IMG/VR virus record: IMGVR_UViG_3300047554_000255
Span: 1-64,000 of that record
Origin: a virus
Length of the DNA stretch: 64,000 nt
Direction: 5' to 3' (one strand)
The position numbers were made by a program, and so were the translations under genes. Position 1 is the stretch's first letter. Each line of letters opens with the position of its first letter. This document shows positions 47,101-55,600 of the stretch, piece by piece. The notes below the pieces were generated by a model, which saw nothing but the letters and a program-made list of their open reading frames with translations, was not told where the DNA came from and made no database searches.

Positions 47101-50100
47101 TAAGCAAGCATGAGTTGATTCAACTTAGGTCGCAGTACTACTTCCTCTTTTAAAAGATCAAGAAGCTCTTTCGGATTAAGTACTGGCATAGCACCAATAT
47201 TCTCTTCTGTTGCAAGCTCTTTCGCATTTGGACTTAATAGATTAATAAAATGTCTCTTAACATCAGCAATGATCTCAGATGTATACTTCTTTTGTCCAAT
47301 AGCAAAACTATCTTTTGATATCTCTTCTTGTTCGTTAAGATACTTAACAATAAACTGAGGGAAGAAACGTGTTACGTAACGTAAGTCAGCAATCTCACCA
47401 CTGTTAGAACTTAATGACATAAGTAACTTAGCTGGCGCCATTGAGGCACTATTCAAGTTAAATACGTTAAGGTTCTTATTCTTTGCGTTGTCTAATGATT
47501 CGTTAAGAGTAGCAGAAGCATTCTGAGTCTTTGATCTTGTTAATGTCTTACCCGTAGCATCGCTCTTAAATGTAGTATTACCTTCTGCAGTTAGATAGCT
47601 AAGATTTACAATCTCACCGCTATCTTTCTTAATGTTAATACCAGCAGAAAAACCAACAGTCTTTTTGTCTTGATGTTCAGCAAGGAATGATAATAGCTGA
47701 GCAAAGATACCTGTACCTAGTTTACCACTTCTATTATCTAAGAACGTATTAATCTGAGTATTGTAATCAAACGGTAAGAAGTTAACTGGTAATGTTGCAA
47801 TACCTTCTTTATAGAATAACTCTTTCTCATCGTTGTAATCAGACAAGTCAATAGATGACGTAATCTTATCAAACGTTGTTGGGTGAGTAAGTACTGACCA
47901 GTGTATATCTTTATACATCTCAAACAACTGCTCTTCTGATAAAGACTTTGGATCAAAGTTTTTAAAATCGCTAATAGACGACTCGTAAGCAACTGGCTCA
48001 ATAGATTCAATCTGTGACTTCTGTGCTTTTATCTTATCGTTTATAGCAGTTAACTCAGCAGCTCTTTGACTCTTGATCTTATACTTTGTTTGATTAAGCT
48101 TCTTACGCTCCGTACCATTAGCTACTTCATTATAAACAGCAGATCTCTTCTCATACAAACCATCAAGAATACGTTGCTTTTGCTCACGCTCTTTCTCACC
48201 TAGATTCTTATAACCTAAACGAGCTCTATACTTTTCAATACTTTCATTAAGCTTTGCGATCTCGAACTGTTGCTCACTATTAAGAAGCTTTGCTAAATCA
48301 CCATCTACTTTTTCTAACTCTTCTTTGTACTTGTTCTTTATAGCTTCTTTCTCTTTTGTAAGCTCATCTATTAACTTAGATGCAGAATCCTTGTAAGTAT
48401 ACTTAGGATTAGATAGATATGCGTATAACTTATCAACGTCAAAGTCAGAACCCATTTGTGCTGTAATACCATCAGGAACAATAATAGTGTTCTCCATATA
48501 TGATGGTAAGAAACCAGCAACTTCAATAGGAAGCATTGATGAGTGTAGCTGATTTGGAATACGTGCACCAATAAGTTGTAATAACTTTCTTGGAATACGT
48601 GTACTATCAAGAATCAATCTACCGTTCTCATCTTTTGTAGCAAAATCTTTTATGTTTATAAGCTTTCCGTTCTCATCCTTTAAGAACTGAGACATGAATA
48701 CTTGTGCTGCTTGTACTTCACCTTTCTTTACCTTCCCACCTTTAGCTACAGTATCAGCTTCTTTTCTGATATACTGTAATCCTTTTGATGCATCATACAC
48801 TTCTGTATAAACAATCTCACTCTTTAGCTTATCAGATAACTCACCCTCTTTAATCTTTGTACCAACTGCAGATACTTGTACTAATGATGTACCAGTAAGC
48901 TTTAGCTTCACTACTTTACTAAAGATAGATGTAAGTAATCCTTCGAACTTAGAGCTGTTTGATAATAGATATACAGGTATAACTAACTTACCGTCTTTGT
49001 TTGTTGCAATAGAACGGATATCGTTTATACTTAAGTTACGAGAAACTGCTTCTTCTTTTAATAAGTTAGCAAGACTTCTCTCACTCTTGAAAGAAACATA
49101 CTCATCAGTTATTGAAACACCTATTCTATCAAGAAGCTCTTCAGCATTGCCTTCAAATAAAGCAACACGAATCTGTTCTTTCAATCCTTTTAACTGAGCT
49201 GCAGTAAGTTTCTTACCTGCAAACATAAAGTCAAGAACATTATCAAGACCTTCGAATAACTGACGGTCCATCTGACTAACAACGTTAATCATCTCTTTTT
49301 GATGAGGAATCTCTTGTTGTGTACGAAGACCTTCTCTTGAAAGAGTCTGCACGTTAGAAGAGAACTCAGCTTCAGATGGCTCAATAAAGTTACCATTATC
49401 ATCAAACACTTCTAGTGTCGATATTGGAGCACCTGTTTTTGTTGCCGTCTTAAATGCAGCAGAACCAACGTTGTTTTTCTCCATGAATACACGAAGCTTA
49501 TCCATCTCTGAATCGCGTGTGTTATCTGGAATAAGAGGATATGCTGAAGACTTAACGTAGTTAATCTCATTAAAACCATCAGTCTCAGAGTTAGAAGAGT
49601 GTACAGGCTTTGTTGGCTGTAATACAAAACCTAACTCAATATCAGATAAAGAGTAATCAAAGGTTTTCTTCTTACGAGCTTCTGCTATCTTATCAGAAAT
49701 ACTCTCATAAATATCTAAAGGTATTCTACCCTCAGACATCATACGATTAATATGCTCTTGTAATGTAACAAACTCCTGAGCATCCGTTGTTTCAATCTTG
49801 CTAAACTGATCGTTAGACTTAATCACGTCTTTTAACGTAATCATCTTGTATAAAGATACATCAACAATCTTTCCCTTTGTGCTTTGCCAAGTTGTGGTAC
49901 CCTGAGAACCAGGAGCAATAAACATAGCAGCACGTTTTGAGAACTCATCAACTGTACTTAGTACTGTACCGTTAAGAACATCGTTTATAATATTACGTTT
50001 GCTCTGCTCTTCTGGTGTCATCTCAGTTGATACATTGTATGACAATAACTGATTAACAGTCATTGACTCACCAAATACCTCTTTGATTTGATCAGCACTA

Positions 50101-52625
50101 ACAAGCTTTGATTCTTTATAGAACAAAGCCATATCAGCACCTAATACTTGAGTAGTATTGATTTGAGCTCTAAGAACATTATACTTTAAATCTGCAATAG
50201 CAAAGATCGCTTTACTTGAATCTTGTAGCTGTGAAAGCTGATTCATGTAAACATTATTAAAGAAAGGAAAGTAATAAGATGTCTGCACTCTATTTGTCGC
50301 TGGATCAATACTAGTTGGTCCTTTTGATATAATGTTTTTACGCAACAAGTTAGACAACTCTTTTATAACGTCATCTTTTATTGACTCACCAATAAGATCT
50401 TTTAAGTATTGAGCATCTTCTATAGATGGTTCAACTCCTTGATAGATCTTTGTTCTGATCATGTTAAGCTTTGCATCAGAACGATTGTTTAATACTGGGA
50501 ATAAAAAGAACATCTTACTAGCTGTTTCAAAGTTAGCAATGTTCAGCTTTTCTTTCTTAGTATAGTTAGCATACGCAATCATACGATCTATCTCAGCTTT
50601 TGCTAGATCATATAACTTATTCTTGAATGCGTCTTTAAACTGGAATGAATCTCTAACGGTTGGCTTAGTCTTGAAGAAAGCAAAATCAGTTGATGGATCA
50701 AGACTATCTTTTGTTATCTGTATTACCGGAGCAGTTGTCTTATCCGATAAAGTAAACATATTATAGTAACCAGTCTTAGCAAAGTTATTCTGATGCTTTA
50801 AATATGTATCAAGAATCAACTCTCTTGGCGATTGGTTCTTCTTAACCTTACCAATCTCTCCTTTCTTATCTTCTTTTATACTATCTGAATACGATATTGC
50901 ATAAACAAATGATTCGTTATCAGTCTTCTCGTCTTCAAGCAAACGTCTAACTACTTCTGAACTTTTACTATAAGCTCTTTTACTTAATACCTCTAAGAAA
51001 CTCTTTGTCTTTAGCTTCTTCTTTACTGTTTCTAAGTAAGAAGGTTGTACATAAGCATAGATGTTTTTGTTCTCACCATTCTGATAGCTACCAGTTTGAT
51101 AGATATCTGAGTGTAGATCATAGTAAAGACTTGCAAGTATATTAAATACACGCTCGTGAACAATAGGGTTGTTCTTGTCTTCGTAGTTTGCTGACTCAGT
51201 TGTTGTATCAATATCAGCTGTTAACGTATTAAGAATATTATCAACAACATTACCTGTTGCAAGTAAATCAGAGAAGCTCTTTGCTTTAAAGGTTTTGAAC
51301 TTGTTTGCTTTTAATGCTGCTCCAACATGTTTCATGTAAGCATCATCAACAGGAATATTCATTGAAGTAAGTAACTCTTTAAAGAACTCTTGTTTCTTTG
51401 TTAAGTTATTACCAGATCTAATCTCTAAGTACTTCTCTTTCAATGACTTAGCTAACTCAGTGTTTATAACTAAGTTGCCAAACTTATTCTTGTTAACAAG
51501 CTTTGATACTTTTTGTAACTCTAACCAATCGTTTTTTATTTGTCTAACAACACTATTACGATTAGAGCTAATAACCTTAACACTTACACCACCTTCTTTA
51601 ACTTTCTCCCAAAGCAACATAGTATGATCTGTGTATGCTTTGTTTATTACAGTAAGTACTTCGTTTAGTAACTGAACATTCTTTGATGCTTGTAACTCAC
51701 CTAACTTCTTGTGAACGTTTAATAGGTATGGCTTAACTTGAGCTTTCTCTAAAATAGCTTCTTGTAAAGACTCATAAGTAACATGTTGTAATCCTGCACC
51801 TAATACAAGTAAGTCTTCAAATACTTGATCGTAAGGCACGAAATCAGCAAGACCTAATAGATTAGCCTTGTCACTCTTAATACTTGAAAATAACAGCTTT
51901 ACACGAGTCGTAGCTGTATCCTTTGGGTTCATCTGGAATGAACGTGAATCAGAAAAGCTTTCATTTACAGAAGGGTCTTCAACATCAACATCGTCTTCAC
52001 CAAATAACTCACCTGCATCAGCAAGTAAGCTCTCATAATATTCGTTTGTTAAACCAAAGTCTTGGATCTCGTTTTCAGATGTAACCTTTAGTCCTAAACG
52101 ATTAAGCTTAATGATAACTTGCTCTGTGAACTTATCGAAGTTCTCATCATCAGTAACGTTATCTAGCAACTCTCCAAGATAAGAGAATTCCTTGTAGTTA
52201 AGAATACCAAGCTCAGGTATCTTAGAAAGCATATCTTCTGTTGCTGATTCTTTTAAAGCATTATATGCTTCTTCTGAAGTAGCAATATTCTCAGTAAAGT
52301 ACTTAACCTTTAAAGCTGTGTTCTTTAACTTACTCTTTATATCAGCAAATAAAACACGAGATGATTTCTCATACGTACCACCTGGCTTTAACAAACCAAG
52401 CTCATCAACGAACTGTGAAAAGATCGCGTTCGTTATTGACTGCTCTTGTACAAGATTAAATAAGTTGATGTTAACAAAGCGATCTTCAACAGCTTGTTTT
52501 ACAAGATCTAATAATTGTTCATCAGACAAACCTTCATTACCTGGTAGAGTAGCAGCACTCTTTAGAATCTGCTTAACCTCTACTTCTGAAAACTCTGATC
52601 CGCTAATGTTATATAAACATGCCAT
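44136..52625 (-). CDS. virion-associated RNA polymerase of crAss-like phage (2829 aa), with C-terminal zincin-like domain
   Basis: RIPNQ...QMGSDFDVDKLY catalytic DxDxD (~48432-48446); TDAQ and LQPTKP motifs; HELLH near the C-terminus. Confidence 0.9.
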   Translation of the reverse strand: MACLYNISGSEFSEVEVKQILKSAATLPGNEGLSDEQLLDLVKQAVEDRFVNINLFNLVQEQSITNAIFSQFVDELGLLKPGGTYEKSSRVLFADIKSKLKNTALKVKYFTENIATSEEAYNALKESATEDMLSKIPELGILNYKEFSYLGELLDNVTDDENFDKFTEQVIIKLNRLGLKVTSENEIQDFGLTNEYYESLLADAGELFGEDDVDVEDPSVNESFSDSRSFQMNPKDTATTRVKLLFSSIKSDKANLLGLADFVPYDQVFEDLLVLGAGLQHVTYESLQEAILEKAQVKPYLLNVHKKLGELQASKNVQLLNEVLTVINKAYTDHTMLLWEKVKEGGVSVKVISSNRNSVVRQIKNDWLELQKVSKLVNKNKFGNLVINTELAKSLKEKYLEIRSGNNLTKKQEFFKELLTSMNIPVDDAYMKHVGAALKANKFKTFKAKSFSDLLATGNVVDNILNTLTADIDTTTESANYEDKNNPIVHERVFNILASLYYDLHSDIYQTGSYQNGENKNIYAYVQPSYLETVKKKLKTKSFLEVLSKRAYSKSSEVVRRLLEDEKTDNESFVYAISYSDSIKEDKKGEIGKVKKNQSPRELILDTYLKHQNNFAKTGYYNMFTLSDKTTAPVIQITKDSLDPSTDFAFFKTKPTVRDSFQFKDAFKNKLYDLAKAEIDRMIAYANYTKKEKLNIANFETASKMFFLFPVLNNRSDAKLNMIRTKIYQGVEPSIEDAQYLKDLIGESIKDDVIKELSNLLRKNIISKGPTSIDPATNRVQTSYYFPFFNNVYMNQLSQLQDSSKAIFAIADLKYNVLRAQINTTQVLGADMALFYKESKLVSADQIKEVFGESMTVNQLLSYNVSTEMTPEEQSKRNIINDVLNGTVLSTVDEFSKRAAMFIAPGSQGTTTWQSTKGKIVDVSLYKMITLKDVIKSNDQFSKIETTDAQEFVTLQEHINRMMSEGRIPLDIYESISDKIAEARKKKTFDYSLSDIELGFVLQPTKPVHSSNSETDGFNEINYVKSSAYPLIPDNTRDSEMDKLRVFMEKNNVGSAAFKTATKTGAPISTLEVFDDNGNFIEPSEAEFSSNVQTLSREGLRTQQEIPHQKEMINVVSQMDRQLFEGLDNVLDFMFAGKKLTAAQLKGLKEQIRVALFEGNAEELLDRIGVSITDEYVSFKSERSLANLLKEEAVSRNLSINDIRSIATNKDGKLVIPVYLLSNSSKFEGLLTSIFSKVVKLKLTGTSLVQVSAVGTKIKEGELSDKLKSEIVYTEVYDASKGLQYIRKEADTVAKGGKVKKGEVQAAQVFMSQFLKDENGKLINIKDFATKDENGRLILDSTRIPRKLLQLIGARIPNQLHSSMLPIEVAGFLPSYMENTIIVPDGITAQMGSDFDVDKLYAYLSNPKYTYKDSASKLIDELTKEKEAIKNKYKEELEKVDGDLAKLLNSEQQFEIAKLNESIEKYRARLGYKNLGEKEREQKQRILDGLYEKRSAVYNEVANGTERKKLNQTKYKIKSQRAAELTAINDKIKAQKSQIESIEPVAYESSISDFKNFDPKSLSEEQLFEMYKDIHWSVLTHPTTFDKITSSIDLSDYNDEKELFYKEGIATLPVNFLPFDYNTQINTFLDNRSGKLGTGIFAQLLSFLAEHQDKKTVGFSAGINIKKDSGEIVNLSYLTAEGNTTFKSDATGKTLTRSKTQNASATLNESLDNAKNKNLNVFNLNSASMAPAKLLMSLSSNSGEIADLRYVTRFFPQFIVKYLNEQEEISKDSFAIGQKKYTSEIIADVKRHFINLLSPNAKELATEENIGAMPVLNPKELLDLLKEEVVLRPKLNQLMLAYSPADINFKPEDRKALDEFIMKQLSILTYYETLHAYSTPQSTLLNNSNVISQGIGSNLFTLLSKYRKFQSIAKAADTQYGEGLPVVIKPLKRDPVVVDRLLNIDTIFGKFETDPISESVDFTPTTQTGHAVKNSIFLAYKVLSKVSPIHFDTVFQNLLEEIVTQKNKGKGGVDNYGRIKFNALAEDVLSNLKAYIYSSPEAGFITGDMEEERYRLLVGTEQNPSLAERILALNIKYPELKNNYFFARLKPVIPAGKTRLSIKSVEYKSPFSQDIDELANNKGFLDLMLNEDPEIASIGKDLIKYAFVSGSVADKASFFRYIPIEVRLLNKQHTDFIGKFYDTFRQNVDNFYEQYIMNNPDMASYIDKDAYKALTNANTVTKDSRGESIYTLPKNMTHLLINSSFQSLEGYKNTVPTFPKFLRYYVNSQILLFKRIGENSYKRIQTLGNNSAYEYQLGVNPATMRSVDFSNLLPSQKLEKIITADTNPFIGFAGNTSLVVDEIELSNYATTAVSFPYDANNPTNKHNILSSRYKGNINTGEYTDKDVVLVSGERFIEVLSPDAKLNHITRNEAIDKLSPMFEDLYVPMLESIIKAKASVVLYSKAEGINTLVKNYLEAKGYKASEIGQFNNIKLEYGEAIPTQEPTDLFAEDTFIPQMDDDVVVASMDLFSFADMPSDPEIFLSGEDTNASNGSPIASDTSVIEDYIPDAEGVNTLASVLTKVRANTSNEFYKVLIDSLKFTGDVNKISVVLLNTISDPAIYNTVTNQIVINPDLVLQSNSAKSRSENLEDAIVHELLHGYTAQSLFKLSGKASAYKIKEERMYAASIKQLYLLTRESLLSNPEHAEKLKAVIAKVSNSVFEDSDANTLTEDEKSMYYGLTSEHEFVSMLMTDKKFQEFMNGVSVDSSKKTVTFKFADILKRLLQALTKALGMDVKTDSVLDQGIKNITNLLSVVDTKTEDSTDTTGQTTLFSAATDNLSDYSLNNQCK

Positions 52626-52626
52626 A

Positions 52627-55600
52627 TTAGTTACACTTCTTGTTAAGTTTATTCTCGTTCTCTAGTTTCTTAGTAGTAGTTGCTATTGACTTCAACTCAT
52701 CATCGTTACCTTTGATTAGATCTTTGTTAACTGTTTGGTTAGTACCAAACTGTTGTCCAAAGTCCATATCCATGAACTTAGCCAATGCTTCTTCTTGAGA
52801 TAAAGGTGCTTGTGATTTAGATGTATCCGTTACATTAATATACGCAGAATCATTGACTTTAGCCTCCTCTTCAGCAATTAACATAGTGTATCTTGCATCA
52901 ATCTCTTTTGCTTTTTCTTCGTAGTATTTTACTTGCTCAGGTAATGCATTAATTGCTTCTTCTGCAGTATCATACTCATCAATAGTAGAACCATCTGTAT
53001 CATCAATAATCTCATTACCATTAAGAACTGGTTTACGAACCAACTCTAGTTCTTTTGCTTGCTTTTCTTTTAACTTACTAATAGCATCAGATGTAGATAA
53101 AGTAGGAGCTATAGGAGCAGGAGCTTTTGGTGCAACTTCAGGTTTAGTACCTGATGATGGAGTCTCTGAATCTATATTACCAAATACAACAACAGGGTTA
53201 GAGAAGTGTACTAACTCATCAGCATCTGTATTAGCTTCATCGTAAGGACGTCCTTCTTCTAATGTAGTCTCAAGTGTTTGTAACATATATTCGTTATACG
53301 TCATAGGCTGTGATTGCTCTAAAGCACCAGTATCAGGATTGATAGTAAGATCAGTCATTAACTTATCATTACCAATACCTGCTGATTGCTCAGTACCAAA
53401 GCGTATACTGTATCTTAAGTTTGCTGCAATATCGTAAAACTTATTGATTTTTTCTTCTGATATCTCATCTAAGTTTCCGATAATAAGACTATCTTTCTTC
53501 TTATCACCTGTGTTTACTTGCCATATTGATAAGTATCCTTTTGGTGTAATGTTAAAGTGAACCTTACCTTGACTTATTGGATTGTATGCTTTTGAGCTAG
53601 TATGAGTAATATAATCATTAACATACTTGCTTAAACGTGCAAAGTCAGCAGTCTCTCCGTCAATAAACTCAATACCATAAGCTTTGTACACAGCTTGGAT
53701 AATAGCAAGATCACTATCTTTACCATTCTTTCCTGCTGCTACATCAACGTTATAGTTATGAAACGCTCTCCATGAACCAAGAATAAAATCAATATGTCCG
53801 TCTTTTAATACAGGAACTGTAACAAGAGAAGCAAGACGCTTACCTGTTGGAGTTGGTATTATAGCAACTGGCCATCCATTAGCTTTACCGTCAGTAATAA
53901 TGTTTGGTACATAAAGATTACTCTCAGAGTACTTATCAGTAACATGTACTTTACCTTGCTTGATAATAGCAACTTGAGTATTCTTACTTAAAGCTTGCTT
54001 CAATGGTTTCTTTGAACCGTCAGTTCTTAGTACACCAACTGACTTTGCTATTACAGTACTTGTAAATACAGTTGCTTTATCTTTATTAAAGCCGTTGAAC
54101 AATGCTTTTCTATGATCAAGAATAGCTTGACGTTGAATAGCAAGGTTATCAATAACGGTACCGTCAGGTGTAACAATACGTTCTTTTGTGTGAGCTAATA
54201 CTCCTGAGTCAGAATATCTAGCTGTAACAAACTTAACTGTTGGTAAGTATCCAAGCTTTATCTTTTTACCATTATGCATAGTATAGATAGCAACTGGGAA
54301 GTCATCAATAGCTTCTTGTTTTATTTTACCGTCAGCATCAAAGAAGTCTTCTTTCTTACGCTTTGTGATACCAGTTTGTTGAACGTAATCATAATCATCA
54401 AAGTCAGCAATGTTAGAATCAATCTCAAACATTAAAGGAGTACCTTCTTGTATACGAGATGTTCCTAAGATTAATGGATAAGACTCATTACCGTCAGTAC
54501 GCTTTAATCTACGTACACCTTTTTTATCTGTATATACTACAAAGTTATCAGATGCATTGTTAATCTTTGATCCAGAGTTGATTGGAGTTCTTGAATCTTC
54601 CTCAACAGATGTATCAGGATTTGTACCATCAACATAATCAATATCAACATTATCCGTAGTATACTCAAGAGCATCAAGATCAACATCTTCTTCTTGAGCT
54701 TCTTTTGCTTTCTGTACTTCTTTCTTCTGAGCTTCAGTAACCGTAGCTACTGGAGTGACCATTGTTTTTGCTTTTGGATTAGAAGATACAGTAATAGCAT
54801 TGTTTGTAAGGAAATCAGCTAACTGCTTATCTGTAAGCTCATACTCTGATTCATTACCATGTTGTACCCAAACTCTATCTTTACCAACAGAAACAATTTT
54901 GACTACTATCTCTGAACCATCAGTTGGTACTATATAATTACCAAGAACAAACTTAACTCCGTTTACTTCAAGACTATTGTTAGGATTAGCTTCATATTCT
55001 TCTTGCTCAGGATCAAGTTGTTCTTCATCAACAACTACTGGAGTCTCAGTTGGAGCTTCAGCAACTACTGGAGGTTGTTCAACTTGAACAGCTTCTTCTG
55101 GAGTTACTGGTACTGGTTGATCTTCAGTTGATACTTCTAGTGTTGGTTCAACCTCTGTAGGCTCTGCTACTTCAGTTGGAATATTATTAGATGACTTAGC
55201 ACCTGTATAAGTAAACTCAACATCAGTGTAGTTCTCTTTTGAAGGATGAGCAATATTAAACGCTATATCTTTATTATTAACACCGTAGTTTAAAAGAATC
55301 TCTCTACCTTTTGTGCTAAATCCAACAAAAGCAGCAGGGTTCATAACCCCCATACCCTCTTCAGATATCTCTAGTTGTGACTTAATTACTTGGATATAAC
55401 CTTCTTTTAAATCTGCAAGAAGAGCTTCAACATTTATAGTTCCTCCTTCTGGTGCATTTGCTGCATCTTCAACATCTTCTGTTAAGTCAGATGTATCAGC
55501 ATCAGTAACGTTCTCTCCATCTTCTGGTGCTACAGCTCCTGTAAGAGCATCTGTAAATGATTTAGTAGCCTCATCCTTTGCTTCTTTTGCTAACTGCTCT

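Noticed and set aside
36046-52625. Introns or inteins in PolB and the RNA polymerase
   Set aside because: Both ORFs are continuous; the RNAP has no internal Cys, and no intein-end or LAGLIDADG blocks were seen
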